Positions 1 to 11,534 of a stretch of 24,934 bases of DNA are shown one piece after another. Location of the stretch: IMG/VR virus record IMGVR_UViG_3300027702_000005, positions 1-24,934 of that record, one strand, 5' to 3'. Source of the DNA: a virus (Duplodnaviria; Caudoviricetes). Under the pieces are notes generated by a model. It saw only the letters and a program-made list of their open reading frames with translations, was not told the origin of the DNA and did not search any database. The first letter of the stretch is position 1. Each line of letters opens with the position of its first letter. The position numbers and the translations under genes were made by a program.

Positions 1-3000
1 GAACTAAACTTACATCTATTGATATTAAATTTCAAGTCTTGTAATTGTTCTGGAGTCCAAGTTGAACTGTTTTGTGATTTGAATAATACACCAGCATATG
101 GTTGTCTATCGATTGGTTCTTTTGTATGAACATCGAAATCACCCATTTGACCTACCCAAGTTAAGTATGCATTTGAATTTGATTCAAGTACAAAACAATA
201 TTCTGTTTGTGGGTTTAGATAAACTGGTGATGGGAAAGTAAACTTAGTTGCTACTTGAGCATTTGCACTTGTAGTTATCTCATTTGGATATAAAGTTTTT
301 TCTGCAAAAGGTAATACTTTCTGAGTTGGTGAACCATTTAACATTTGTCTAATAGAACATGTTACTGGTAATCCACCACCATCTTTTGCACTAAAGAATA
401 CTTCGATTGAGTTTATAAATACACCTTCTTCTTTTTCTATTAAGAATGATTGTGCAAGTGGGTCAACCCATCTAGTTGTTAAACTCTGTGTAACAATTTG
501 ATTTGCTCTTGATTCATTTACATCTTCTTGTACTACTCTACCATTCCTTGTCGAAATAACTTCTGTTTGTGTAGAAGTCAATGCACCATTTGCCATGAAG
601 TTTGTAAATGCAGATGTAGTTGATAATGCACTATCTACTGTTGCAGTATCAGTAACTTTTAATGTCCTAACACCTGTTTCAAATCTTAAGGTATCATCAT
701 TTGGTACAGTAAAGACTGCACTTAGTTTACCTTGGTTATCTGTTTTTAATTGTGTTCCTTTTGAAGTTCCACCACTTACACCATAAGTTGCAGATGATGG
801 AGTACAATGTGCATTAACTTGTATGTTATCAAAGAATACATTTAATGCAGTGTTTGGTTTTAATAATTCACCAGACATTGTAATGTCAATGGTTCTCATA
901 AAGTTAATTGCAGATACACCGACAACTCTATCATTTCTTGTTGTTGTAATATCTTCTACAACATTAGTTACAATACCACTTCTTCCTTCTCTAGTTGGAA
1001 TTGTTCTTGTAGTTGTAGTTGTAATTGCTTGTCTTCCTCTACCTCTAAATCTTCTTTGTCTTCTTCTTCTAAATCTTCTACCTCTAAGTAATTCAAACTC
1101 TTCTGGTTCGTCACCTAGATTATTATTTTCAAGGAAGTTTCCTACTCTTGCAGTAATTGATGGAACACCTGCCCATGTTTGTTGCCAGTCATTCCACACT
1201 GTACCAACTCTAACACCAGCTAATACTGCATCAAAGTTTCCTTCTTGAGAAGAAGTAATACTTGGTAGTTGTTCCATATCATGCCAAATGTCTTTATCTG
1301 GACTTAGTTCCATTCTTCCTACAAAGTTTGCAACATCATATGGGTTAACATTAACTTGTTGTGATGCTTTGTTAGAAGTAATATGTGCTTCTTCTGTAAA
1401 TGGTAATGTTAATATATCACCACTTTTTGTAATATTAGATGATATACCACTATTAAATTGCATATCAAAATAATTTGTTCTATGTGTTGGTCTTGCAATA
1501 CCTTCTCTTTGGTCTACTGATATACCATAGTCTGGATGGAATACATCTCCAACTCCATGACCTTTAAATGGGTCGACAACAAAACCAGATTTGAATTTAT
1601 CAAATCCTTCGTCATCTAAAACTTGTAATGTTTCTGTTTTTTCTTCTAACATAGAAAGAGATACTGCTGTTTCTAATTGAGTAAGTCTTCTTTGCATACC
1701 ATCAATATCTCTCATGGTATATCGTCTATGTTGTACTAATTGTGTTTCTATATCTCCTACATCTGGAGTAAATGCTGGTATGAATATTTCTGCAACTTCA
1801 ATTGCATTATCAACCTTTGCACCTTTCTTAGGTACATCGGAAGGTTCACCACTTACTACAACAAACTCACCTAATGCTGTCAAGAACAATCTATCAAGTC
1901 TTGCAAGATAATGGTCATAGTCTACTGTAATGTTTGAACCAATTTTTGCAAGGTCTGGAGTAAAAGAACCATTTCCTTCAAATGCAGCTGAACTATATGC
2001 CATTGGTAAAGAACTAATTCCAGAAATATCATTTGATTCACTTATATCAGCTGATGGTTGTGTACCTAGTAGTCTAGCTGCAACTGGTCTATAGTCGATT
2101 GAGTCTGCAAGATGGAACTCACCATCTGCATCAAAGGATGCACTTGGGTCAAATCTATCTGCAACATAACTTGGTACTTCGTCAAATGCAAGAGTACCAT
2201 ATGAGTTACCAGTAAATACATTACCACCACCAGAATGAGTAAAGAAGTCAACAATAATCATTAATGGATTTGTTGGTGTTGGTGCAGATGTTTTTCTTGT
2301 TATTTTAGATATATCGTAAAAACTATCTCTTTGACCATCGTCAAATATAAAGTTGTCTGTAATTTCTTTTGAACCATTTGATAGGTTACTAATTATTCCA
2401 GATTTTTCAACACCATCTGTAAAAGTTATACCTTCACCATTTTGGAATTTACCAGAACCTTGTTTGTAATAAAAGAAACATGTATTAGAGTCATTCTCAA
2501 TTAGAATACCTCTTGCATTTGAAACACTACCTATAACTTCTAAACCACCTGTAGATAATGCATTACTTCCAGCATCTGCTGTATATGTAAATGATGGTGG
2601 AACTGGTGCTGTTGATGCAGCTGCACCACCAGACGATACTGCGTTACCACCTTCGAATATTCCTCTTACTTTGAATACATCTGCAACACCTAATGTAATA
2701 TCTTGGTGTTGATATGATGTTCCATAACTTGCAGTTGAGTTTGGAGTATCAACATTTAATACTGCACCTTTGACTAATGTTTTAGTTGATTCTGATACTG
2801 AACCTCTTTGTACTGTTACAATAACCTTACATTGTGTATTATTGACACCTACAGTTATATCTACTGAACCAGTATTTGAACCATTAGTAATTGCTACATC
2901 ACTAGAAGCCAATGCTATCTTAGCACCAGTATCACTTCTAGCTGCATGATAATCATCTTCACTAAATGCAACGAATGTACCATCGGATGATGTTACTGTA

Positions 3001-5075
3001 CATATTCCTGTTGCACTTGATTGTACAAGAACCTCTCTTCGTACTATTTCTGTTTCGATTGAAATATCTTTAATACCAGAGTTAGGTAATCCAGATATTG
3101 CAACTGTTTGGTCTGGTTTATAAAATTTTGCTCTTTGTCTTACAATTGCACCACTAATAATATCTGAGGTTGTTCCAGAAATATCTGATACAACTACTGT
3201 ATCATTATCTGTAACTGACACTACAGTTGTAGTTGCGTTATTAGAAAGTAGTAATTTATCACCTTCAACAAGTTCATTAGTAAATACAGATGAAATACCT
3301 GTTATAGTATCATTGCCTGAATCACCATCTACTGTGACTGTTCCACTTCCTGTTAATGTTTTGTTATCTTCTAATACAACATCTCCAGCAAATTCTTGGA
3401 ACACACCTGTTCCTCTATCTTGATGTACTCTTCTTATTCTTCCTATATCATATGTTCTTATTGCACTAATTGCTACACCACCAGATGAGTTTTGGTGTTT
3501 TCTTAATGTATCACTTGTATTAAATGTTCCTACGACACTATGTAGTAAAACTGTTGTTCCACTTGAAACTGCTTCTGCAACAACACCTGTTGCACCAGAT
3601 ACAGTTCCTTTTACTTTCATTCCTTTTGATAAGGACACTGAGGCTGTTGTTAATTTAGTAAACATTTGCACATCAAATAAATGCAATGCATCAATTGATG
3701 AATCAAATTCTTCGAATGCTCTTACTCTTGCAAAACCTATTTTGTTTCCACCACCATCATCATCTGCAACTGAACCTTTTGCAGTATCCATAAGTGTAAC
3801 TGTTGAAAATGCTTCTAGGTCACCATTACCACCTATGTCTGGTAAACCATATACATTATTAATCTTTAAGAAGTTACCTATTCTAAATGCAGATGCAACA
3901 TTATCTTTTGATGCAGTTGTTCTTGCTTTTTCAAATGTTAAAAATGAAGGTGTTTGTTTGTCTACTTCAAATCCTCTTACATAAGATTTACCAGCAGATA
4001 CTACTGCAATAAATTTAGAGTCATCTCCAGCTGGAGTTGATGATGAAGTGTAAACACCATTATTTGATAAGTTATTTAAATGTTCTCTAAATGCAAGAGT
4101 GAAAGGTTGTAGTGTATAATCACCAGACTCATCAAATGTTCTTCGTGCAAGTGTTTCTTGTATTCTGTTGTATTCTGTAATCTCTTGTTTTCTAACTACT
4201 TCACCAGCAGCCAATCTCATTAATTCAATAAAGTCTGTTGAGTCGGTTGCAGTTAAAGATTTCTTTGCAAGAGATAATGTAAATGTAAGTCTGTCTGCGC
4301 CTGGAGCGTTTTCGTTTGATGACCCCTGTGCATTATCTAGTAAACTTGTATCTTCTGTATATGTTGTAAGTGTTTCTGCAATATCTACACCAACCTTGTA
4401 GGATGGAGTATTAGAATATTTTTCTAAAATAATTGTTTGAGCTGGCACCTTGACAAACATACCTCTGGTGTATATAATACCTTCGGATATACTTGCAGAC
4501 GAACCTGCGTTAGACCCTACCTTTATAGAGCCTGCTATTGAAAAAACTTTAAATTGATTATTTGAAGCTGCAGAAGTATATCCACCAAGACCATCATTAT
4601 TTTGTGTTACTTCGTCTAATACTTCACCATCTTCAAATTCTGTATAAAATGTAGAACCAGAGTTACCTGTTGCTTGATATTTAACATGAAGTGTTAATGG
4701 GTCGTCTGTAGTTTTCTGACTCGTATTTAAAACTTTACCTACAACTCCACTGGTTGCACCTTTGTAAAATTTACCTACTGCATCTACACGAAAAGATTCA
4801 GCAGCTGAAATACCACTTCCATTTGGATTTGTATCCTCAATCTTTACTCCAAAGTATTGATTGTCATAGTTAGTTCTTGCACCAAGGATGATTGCACCCT
4901 CTTTAAACATGTGTGAACCAAATCTTTCAATCTGATTTTGAAGTATTGATTGTAATTGTGTTAGTTCCCTAGCCTGTATGGCTGCTGATGGTTTAAACAA
5001 AATTCGATGAAAATTCTTCGAATCTGCATAATCATCATAATAAGGACTAACATTAAGGTCTGTTTTTTGAGCCAC
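1..5075 (-). CDS. Large virion structural protein, DUF4815/VrlC-like (3' end runs off the window, >1690 aa)
   Basis: Not in the ORF track, which fits the stop lying outside the window. GTG start at 5075-5073 with an AGGA RBS upstream. N-terminus MAQKTDLNVSPYYDDYADSKNFHRILFKPSAAIQARELTQLQSILQNQIERFGSHMFKEGA and the in-frame motif near the window start SQNSSTWTPEQLQDLKF are typical of this family, which follows gp8 in marine T4-like phages. Confidence 0.9.
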   Translation of the reverse strand, partial: MAQKTDLNVSPYYDDYADSKNFHRILFKPSAAIQARELTQLQSILQNQIERFGSHMFKEGAIILGARTNYDNQYFGVKIEDTNPNGSGISAAESFRVDAVGKFYKGATSGVVGKVLNTSQKTTDDPLTLHVKYQATGNSGSTFYTEFEDGEVLDEVTQNNDGLGGYTSAASNNQFKVFSIAGSIKVGSNAGSSASISEGIIYTRGMFVKVPAQTIILEKYSNTPSYKVGVDIAETLTTYTEDTSLLDNAQGSSNENAPGADRLTFTLSLAKKSLTATDSTDFIELMRLAAGEVVRKQEITEYNRIQETLARRTFDESGDYTLQPFTLAFREHLNNLSNNGVYTSSSTPAGDDSKFIAVVSAGKSYVRGFEVDKQTPSFLTFEKARTTASKDNVASAFRIGNFLKINNVYGLPDIGGNGDLEAFSTVTLMDTAKGSVADDDGGGNKIGFARVRAFEEFDSSIDALHLFDVQMFTKLTTASVSLSKGMKVKGTVSGATGVVAEAVSSGTTVLLHSVVGTFNTSDTLRKHQNSSGGVAISAIRTYDIGRIRRVHQDRGTGVFQEFAGDVVLEDNKTLTGSGTVTVDGDSGNDTITGISSVFTNELVEGDKLLLSNNATTTVVSVTDNDTVVVSDISGTTSDIISGAIVRQRAKFYKPDQTVAISGLPNSGIKDISIETEIVRREVLVQSSATGICTVTSSDGTFVAFSEDDYHAARSDTGAKIALASSDVAITNGSNTGSVDITVGVNNTQCKVIVTVQRGSVSESTKTLVKGAVLNVDTPNSTASYGTSYQHQDITLGVADVFKVRGIFEGGNAVSSGGAAASTAPVPPSFTYTADAGSNALSTGGLEVIGSVSNARGILIENDSNTCFFYYKQGSGKFQNGEGITFTDGVEKSGIISNLSNGSKEITDNFIFDDGQRDSFYDISKITRKTSAPTPTNPLMIIVDFFTHSGGGNVFTGNSYGTLAFDEVPSYVADRFDPSASFDADGEFHLADSIDYRPVAARLLGTQPSADISESNDISGISSLPMAYSSAAFEGNGSFTPDLAKIGSNITVDYDHYLARLDRLFLTALGEFVVVSGEPSDVPKKGAKVDNAIEVAEIFIPAFTPDVGDIETQLVQHRRYTMRDIDGMQRRLTQLETAVSLSMLEEKTETLQVLDDEGFDKFKSGFVVDPFKGHGVGDVFHPDYGISVDQREGIARPTHRTNYFDMQFNSGISSNITKSGDILTLPFTEEAHITSNKASQQVNVNPYDVANFVGRMELSPDKDIWHDMEQLPSITSSQEGNFDAVLAGVRVGTVWNDWQQTWAGVPSITARVGNFLENNNLGDEPEEFELLRGRRFRRRRQRRFRGRGRQAITTTTTRTIPTREGRSGIVTNVVEDITTTRNDRVVGVSAINFMRTIDITMSGELLKPNTALNVFFDNIQVNAHCTPSSATYGVSGGTSKGTQLKTDNQGKLSAVFTVPNDDTLRFETGVRTLKVTDTATVDSALSTTSAFTNFMANGALTSTQTEVISTRNGRVVQEDVNESRANQIVTQSLTTRWVDPLAQSFLIEKEEGVFINSIEVFFSAKDGGGLPVTCSIRQMLNGSPTQKVLPFAEKTLYPNEITTSANAQVATKFTFPSPVYLNPQTEYCFVLESNSNAYLTWVGQMGDFDVHTKEPIDRQPYAGVLFKSQNSSTWTPEQLQDLKFNINRCKFS

Positions 5076-5086
5076 TGTTAGTTATC

Positions 5087-6520
5087 CTACATTTCAATTA
5101 TTAGTTTAATATCCTCAATCTGGTCAGCTGCCCTTGCTACTGCACCACGATTTTCTAAATAGACAATATCCCCAGAGTTTCTTGCAACTTCTGGATATGC
5201 ACCACTTACACCACCACTTGAAATTACTCCCTTAGATGTAGAACCTACATGAAGTGTTTCACCTGCTGAAAAACTAGCAAAGTTTCCAACTGCATCTACA
5301 CTTGGTAGATAATAAACATATCTGTTAGTTGAGTCAATTGATACAACTTTTCCTGTTGCTGTTCCAGCCACAACTGAAGCTGCATTTGCAATAGTGTCAT
5401 CAACTACTGGCATTGTTGCACCAACATTTAATGTTATTCTATTTAATGCACTTAATGTGGTTGCAGTTGATAATGTATTACCACCAGCATCTGTTGGATT
5501 TACTATCAATCCTATTTGTCTGAAATCGTTATCTGTTGGGAAGTCACCAGAACCTTCTGCGTACTCTAATCTTGAGTTTGCAATAACATAGTTTCCACCT
5601 AGTTCTTCTACTGGGTCTGCACCATGTCCATTCTTAGGACTTATAATTATGTCAAATACTGCACCAGTTCCAGAAGAACTTGTTGCAGTTTGAAGTAAAG
5701 TATTATCTATACTTGCAACTGAGTATCCACTACCCACTGCATTTACTGTTACTGCTGTAATTGCATTAGACGATACTGTTACTTGAAGTTGTCCACTTGC
5801 ACCATCTCCACTGATTGCAACATTGTAGTCTCCATCTGAACCATAAGAAGAACCACCTGTTGTGACTCTTGCATGTTCTATAGTACCATCTGTTGCACCA
5901 TTCTCTACATCCCATTGTGCAGAGTTATCATCTGAAGCTGCACTTCCTAGTCCACCAACATCTCCATCAACCGCTGCCTTTGCACCGATAGTTTTTACTG
6001 GAACAAAATCTGATGTTACAAATTTAATAACATCTGAAGCAGAAATAGAATACATAAATTTCCATTTGTATCCATCTGCTGTTGTAATTATTGATGTTGA
6101 AGTACCTGTAGGCATTACTGTTGAGTTTGCACCACCATTGTTTGAGATTACTTTATATACATTGTAATCACTAGTAACAACATAAAATGTTGATGCCCAT
6201 AGTGTGGTTGCACCACTAGTTGCAGTGTTGCTTGAAGTATAATTATGACGATACTCGTCATATTTTGTGCCTGATGTCCAGTCTCTTCGGATAATGGCAT
6301 GACTTACATCTGTAGATGAAACTTTCTTCAAAGCAACCATATTTGCATATGCATCATACTCATCATTTAGAGAGTCTACTGGAGTAGGCGGGTTGTTATC
6401 ATCTGTCCACGATAAAGGTCTTCCAATAAACATATACATTGCATTACCAGATTCGGTTGCACTTTGTTTGAATTCCTTTGCATTGTGGAGACGAAATTTT
6501 TCGGTAATTATCGCTGCCAT
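5087..6520 (-). CDS. gp8: Baseplate wedge subunit gp8
   Basis: MAAIITEKFRLHNA start, YMFIGRPLSW, RRDWTSGTKYDEY, DGYKWKFMY, GHGADPVEELGG, DFRQIGLIVNP and C-terminal SGDIVYLENR..QIEDIKLIIE motifs; lies downstream of the gp7-like gene. Confidence 0.9.
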   Translation of the reverse strand: MAAIITEKFRLHNAKEFKQSATESGNAMYMFIGRPLSWTDDNNPPTPVDSLNDEYDAYANMVALKKVSSTDVSHAIIRRDWTSGTKYDEYRHNYTSSNTATSGATTLWASTFYVVTSDYNVYKVISNNGGANSTVMPTGTSTSIITTADGYKWKFMYSISASDVIKFVTSDFVPVKTIGAKAAVDGDVGGLGSAASDDNSAQWDVENGATDGTIEHARVTTGGSSYGSDGDYNVAISGDGASGQLQVTVSSNAITAVTVNAVGSGYSVASIDNTLLQTATSSSGTGAVFDIIISPKNGHGADPVEELGGNYVIANSRLEYAEGSGDFPTDNDFRQIGLIVNPTDAGGNTLSTATTLSALNRITLNVGATMPVVDDTIANAASVVAGTATGKVVSIDSTNRYVYYLPSVDAVGNFASFSAGETLHVGSTSKGVISSGGVSGAYPEVARNSGDIVYLENRGAVARAADQIEDIKLIIEM

Positions 6521-6560
6521 TTTATCCTTTCCTCTAAGTTAAAAAATTAATACTAGTAAG

Positions 6561-6568
6561 TATTTATA
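6561..6568 (-). promoter_or_regulatory. T4-type late promoter TATAAATA upstream of gp8
   Basis: Exact gp55-type late consensus on the minus strand, 40 nt upstream of the gp8 ATG. A variant (ACTAAATA) is adjacent at 6571-6578. Confidence 0.8.
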
Positions 6569-6605
6569 TGTATTTAGTCATCAGTTTAAACAGAAGTTTA
6601 AAACT

Positions 6606-9600
6606 TTACATACCTAATGCAGTTCCATTGTCTATATGTATACTTGCTGGATGACTTAATATCATACTTCTACCTACATGTTCCTGTAAATCAGAAACAC
6701 TTTCTTTTGGATATAAAGTACTTATATCACTAATTTTAACACCTTCGTATGGAGCTTCTATAAGTAGTTTACCACCCTCATTTTCCATGAGTATATCATC
6801 TCCACCTTCTTGTATTATGTTCTCTTCTTTTATAAGGGTTTGAGAGAACCCTATTTTTGCAAGGTCACCTAGTGTTGGGCCAAGTCTTTCGACTGGTTCA
6901 CCAAATGATATTGCGTTTTCTTGAATCAGTCTACTATCATCTTCGAGGACAAGTGTATCTTGTTCTTCTGTTTTCATGAAGTATGAACCCAAGTTATATG
7001 ACCTTTCAGTCACAAATCTTTCATGTTTTTCTAAATCTGTTGCATCTTCTAATGCAAGTCTACTACCATCTTCTAAAGTTAATTCTTCGGTTGGGTCTAC
7101 TGACCATAAATCACCAACATAATAATAACCATCTGTAGTAGTATATGAATTATATTTTTCTGGTTCTGGTTCTGCCATTAAGAAACCATGGTCAATCTCT
7201 TCTATTAGATATGAACCATCTTCTGTAATAATAAATTCTTCATCGACATTTGCAACTGAGTTAATTCTTTTTGCATCGGATGGAATCATTGCATTTGCAA
7301 ATAATCCACCAACATTATTTCTATCTGATTGTTTAACTATTGTATTAGAACCATCAAAAGAAGTTATAGTATTAGTTCTTTTTGCAGACGCTTCTATGTT
7401 ATTAATTATAGAACCACTGGTTGCACTCTTAATTGTTTCACCCCATTCAAGTCCACCAACAAGTGCAATCGTAGTTGCATTTGCACTACCTCTTAGACCA
7501 TGTTGATTTGCATCTTCTTTACTATCTGGTACAATCGTTAAGGTTCTACCAGATTTAGTATTTGCACTTGCAAAGGTTTGTAGTATTGTAATGTTCTTTC
7601 TTTGTTGTCTGTTTGCACCTTCATAGAATTCAACTGCAATATTTCTTTTAGGGTCAACTGATAATGATGGTCTACTTGGAACTGATACTGGTGAGTTATG
7701 TCCTATGTCAACTTTTACTATTCCTTCATTGACATGATGTTCTTGTACTGTTGTTGCAGTAAAGTGTGTTGTTCCACCAGATTCATTTGTGATTGCTTCA
7801 GTTGTAAAACTTCCTAAATTTGCACCGAGTGAATCTGAACCTTCCCAGACAATAATAAACTTATTGACTGTATCGTGTTCCATGACACGACCTAACTTAC
7901 CAGATGATGCACCTTTAACTGTTTGACCTATTGTAATTGCATTGTTTAATGTGGTATAATATAATCTAGTATGTGCATAGTGTGGTAGTATGTCTACTTC
8001 TTTTACAACTTCATGACCATGTGCTGTTACATTTGCACGAATAATTCTATCGTATAATCCTACATCGGATTCTGTAATATCTTCTCCAACAATAAATGCT
8101 TGTCCAGAACCTTGGTCTGTTTTAACACTTGCATCTACAACTCCATTAACAATTGCTTTTGCACCAGATGATGCACCGACAATACCATGCACAAATGTAA
8201 TATCTGTATTTGACTGTGCTGTTTTCCAAGCACCCCCAGTCTCCATAAAGAGTCCATAGATACCACCCCTACCACCTTCTGATATGAGTTGTTTTATTGC
8301 AGTATTATCTGGTCTGATTTGGTCAACAACTAATGTGGTAGAATTACTTGATAGAACTCTACCTGTAATTGTTGCAACATCTCCACTTGCAGTTTTAAAA
8401 ACATTTTGTGATACTGTTTCACCAACTGTAAATGTGGTTGAACCAGCTGGTGACATACCTGTTGTACTAACTGTTAATGTCAGTCTATCATCTGCAAGGA
8501 ATCTTTCTGTTACTGCAACACCATCACCACTTTCTAATATTATATTTTGTTCTTCTGCATAGAATACATCTTCTTCTCCAGATGCAACTGTTCCTTCTTC
8601 TAAAATAATTTTTGCTGGGTCAATCTTAGAACCAATGTAAAGTGTTGGTATAAATGACCTTGTAATTCTATCACCATCAAATCCTTCGGTATTAGAACCA
8701 GAACGATATGTTTCTGCACTACCATCTATCTTATTACTGATTGCAACTTCACCAAAGAATATTGTACCAGCTGGGTTTAGTAATTGTTGTACTACTGAAC
8801 GATACTTGTTAATACTTTGACCAACTTTAATTACATATGAAAAATCTTGGTAGAATAATGAGTCTTGAATTCTTTGTGCAGTTACACTTGGGAAACCTAC
8901 ATCACTTGTATAGTTTCCATCTACTTTAGATATAGGACTATTTTTTGCACTAACTGTTGCTGGGTTTCCTTCTAATATAGTAAATGTTTTTCCATCGGAT
9001 ACTGTAACATCTTCTCCTAGTTTAAAGAATCCTGTAATGTCTTCTAATGAAATAACTCCAGTATCACCATTAAATGATTGTATTGTTGCAGTTGCATTAC
9101 TAATACTACCAGTAACAGATGCACCAGCAACTGGGTTTGCACTCATTCTACCTATTATAAAATGATGAGCATAATTTGGAATACCCTGTGATTTATTAAA
9201 ATGATTTCCAGATTCTATTACTCTTAGTTTTCCTATTGAACCAATTGAATCACCATATGGTAAAAGTCTTGCACCCACTCCTGTAGTAAAACTATTTTGT
9301 ATTGAGGTTGCTGTTGCACCAGAAGCTGAACCTGTTAAAGTGCTTCCTACTGTAAAAGTAGTTGTATCAGTGGTAGTTTGTAATTTACCAATAACAAGTT
9401 TTCTTGCACCTTTGTCATGGTCTACTAAAATACCTGTCGTTGTTCCAGATGTAATTGTTTCTCCTATTGTAAAATTAGGAGTTGTGGTTTCACTATAGAA
9501 AACCTCTCCACCAACATATGCTTTTGGAAGTGAAGTATATCCAATTCCACTTGTTGTAATTCTGACTCTTGCAATTGCACCTGTTGGATTTGCACCAGAC

Positions 9601-11522
9601 TGGTCAAATAATAGTTTGTTTTCTCCAGTTGATTGTAATCCATCTTCTAAAATTAAAGTAGTTTCTTCTGGTTCTGCAAATACTTCTATAACTGTTCCTG
9701 CTTGACCAACATAATTTGCATGTCCATTTTGTGCATAAGTTCCTGTAAAGACAATTGATTGTCCATTAAGACCTACATTTGCACTTCCTCTTACTTCTTC
9801 AAATACTGAAAAAGAAACACCACCACCTTGAGATGCAATTGTCTGTGATGCATCTGACCTTTTAACTCTGACTAAAACTTTGTCTGGGTCATAAACTAAT
9901 AAACTATTATGTTTATCTCGTCCAGAGAATGTTGTTTGTCCACTTGTTGCAGTAAATTCAAATGAACCAAATGTTGTTCCAGACTCTAAAAGTATATCTC
10001 CAGAAATAGATGTAACCTCACCCTGTGCAAGTGTTCCACCACTTCCTGTATTATCGAAGACAACTATGTCTCCATCGTTATAACCTGTTCCTCTAACTGC
10101 TGGGTCAATTATAACCTTTTCTATTTTACTATCTTCTACATTACCTACTAATGCTTTTGCAGCTTGTCCTACACCTAATTCTGATTGTGGTAAATTAACA
10201 ACAACATTTTCTGATTGTGTATATAATGAACCAGTAGATGCTTCTTCTGATTTCATTGAACCACCAATTACAGCTTCTGTATTTACAGTATTAACTGTTT
10301 CTCTGACTATGATAGGTGTTTTACCATGGACTTCGTTTATACTATTGTCTGTTTGTGTTGCTGTTTCTAGAAGAATAAGATTGTTTGTTCCAGCAACCAA
10401 ACTATCAGTTGCAGTTTCTAATTGGAATCCTTCGGAATCATCTGACTCAGATGAAACAAATCCTGTTCCAGATTCCATTTTGATAAGAACTGAACCACTT
10501 GTTTCGTCCATGTCGGAAACAATACCTCTAACTGTTGCATTGTGAAATTTAAGTGGATTTGTTCTTGATTGTAATTCTATTGTATCACCGATTAATAAAC
10601 TTCCAGTATAGGGCTCCATGATTACTACTTGGTAAACATTGTCTCCTTCCCCACTCGTTGCTCTTGTAATTGTGTCTGCTTGTATTTCAGTGATTATGTC
10701 TTGTTCGGTATTTCGTTTTACTATTTTACCCTGTGAGTATTCAAGTAAATTTTTTGTTGAATGTAAATTCAATACTGTTGATTCTGTCCATTTAGAATCA
10801 GATGGTTTTATCATGTTATCTCTAGGATAACTAACTTCTATATCTTCGTTATATAATACTCTGAATAAGAAATCATATGATGCCATACTACCTTTTGTTA
10901 GGTAGATATTATTAATGTGCTTTGCAAGTAATCTTTTATCTGCAATTATTTTTGAATCGATTGAGGGCATGAAGTCTCTTCGGAAGTATTCCAAAAAGTC
11001 TCCTGTAGTTTTATCAACATCTGCATAGTCTAATAAATTATTTGCAGCGAATAATGCACCACCTTCAAATTTATTTACCTTTGCAGTGTATCCACTATTT
11101 TGACCTATGATTGTTTCTGCTGGTAAGAATTGTGATTCGGTAAATGTCTCTACATAAAGTTTATTATCTTCTGTTGCAAGAACATCAATCCTTGCAGTTG
11201 CACCAGATGTAGAACCAACAACATACTCACCTATCTCCCAAGACCCTGTTTGTGTTTGACCTACAGCATTTTGTTCGAATAATAATTTTGCTTTATCTAA
11301 AGGTGATGGAGAGAAGGTTTCAGTCTCTTGTAAGACTGACCCTTCTCCATCTTCTAATCCTATTTTCTCAAGGTCTGTGCCTTGTTCAAAGATAAGAATA
11401 CCTTTCTCTAAGAAATCAAAGTATGCAGTTATAAACTGCTTAAAACCTTGGCCTTCTTCATTCATGTACTCTGGTAAGAGCTCATGAATTTGGTCGGTTA
11501 TTCTATCATTGAGAATTGGCAT
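6606..11522 (-). CDS. gp7: Large baseplate wedge protein, gp7-like (1638 aa)
   Basis: N-terminal QIHELLPEY..FKQFITAYFDFLE and IYLTKGSMASYDFLFRVLYNEDIEVSYP; internal RIQDSLFYQDFSYVIK...NPAGTIFFGE motif; located between gp6 and gp8. Confidence 0.75.
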   Translation of the reverse strand: MPILNDRITDQIHELLPEYMNEEGQGFKQFITAYFDFLEKGILIFEQGTDLEKIGLEDGEGSVLQETETFSPSPLDKAKLLFEQNAVGQTQTGSWEIGEYVVGSTSGATARIDVLATEDNKLYVETFTESQFLPAETIIGQNSGYTAKVNKFEGGALFAANNLLDYADVDKTTGDFLEYFRRDFMPSIDSKIIADKRLLAKHINNIYLTKGSMASYDFLFRVLYNEDIEVSYPRDNMIKPSDSKWTESTVLNLHSTKNLLEYSQGKIVKRNTEQDIITEIQADTITRATSGEGDNVYQVVIMEPYTGSLLIGDTIELQSRTNPLKFHNATVRGIVSDMDETSGSVLIKMESGTGFVSSESDDSEGFQLETATDSLVAGTNNLILLETATQTDNSINEVHGKTPIIVRETVNTVNTEAVIGGSMKSEEASTGSLYTQSENVVVNLPQSELGVGQAAKALVGNVEDSKIEKVIIDPAVRGTGYNDGDIVVFDNTGSGGTLAQGEVTSISGDILLESGTTFGSFEFTATSGQTTFSGRDKHNSLLVYDPDKVLVRVKRSDASQTIASQGGGVSFSVFEEVRGSANVGLNGQSIVFTGTYAQNGHANYVGQAGTVIEVFAEPEETTLILEDGLQSTGENKLLFDQSGANPTGAIARVRITTSGIGYTSLPKAYVGGEVFYSETTTPNFTIGETITSGTTTGILVDHDKGARKLVIGKLQTTTDTTTFTVGSTLTGSASGATATSIQNSFTTGVGARLLPYGDSIGSIGKLRVIESGNHFNKSQGIPNYAHHFIIGRMSANPVAGASVTGSISNATATIQSFNGDTGVISLEDITGFFKLGEDVTVSDGKTFTILEGNPATVSAKNSPISKVDGNYTSDVGFPSVTAQRIQDSLFYQDFSYVIKVGQSINKYRSVVQQLLNPAGTIFFGEVAISNKIDGSAETYRSGSNTEGFDGDRITRSFIPTLYIGSKIDPAKIILEEGTVASGEEDVFYAEEQNIILESGDGVAVTERFLADDRLTLTVSTTGMSPAGSTTFTVGETVSQNVFKTASGDVATITGRVLSSNSTTLVVDQIRPDNTAIKQLISEGGRGGIYGLFMETGGAWKTAQSNTDITFVHGIVGASSGAKAIVNGVVDASVKTDQGSGQAFIVGEDITESDVGLYDRIIRANVTAHGHEVVKEVDILPHYAHTRLYYTTLNNAITIGQTVKGASSGKLGRVMEHDTVNKFIIVWEGSDSLGANLGSFTTEAITNESGGTTHFTATTVQEHHVNEGIVKVDIGHNSPVSVPSRPSLSVDPKRNIAVEFYEGANRQQRKNITILQTFASANTKSGRTLTIVPDSKEDANQHGLRGSANATTIALVGGLEWGETIKSATSGSIINNIEASAKRTNTITSFDGSNTIVKQSDRNNVGGLFANAMIPSDAKRINSVANVDEEFIITEDGSYLIEEIDHGFLMAEPEPEKYNSYTTTDGYYYVGDLWSVDPTEELTLEDGSRLALEDATDLEKHERFVTERSYNLGSYFMKTEEQDTLVLEDDSRLIQENAISFGEPVERLGPTLGDLAKIGFSQTLIKEENIIQEGGDDILMENEGGKLLIEAPYEGVKISDISTLYPKESVSDLQEHVGRSMILSHPASIHIDNGTALGM

Positions 11523-11534
11523 TATTAATTATCC

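Noticed and set aside
2066-2254. 62-aa minus-strand ORF
   Set aside because: It is an alternative frame inside the DUF4815-like gene.
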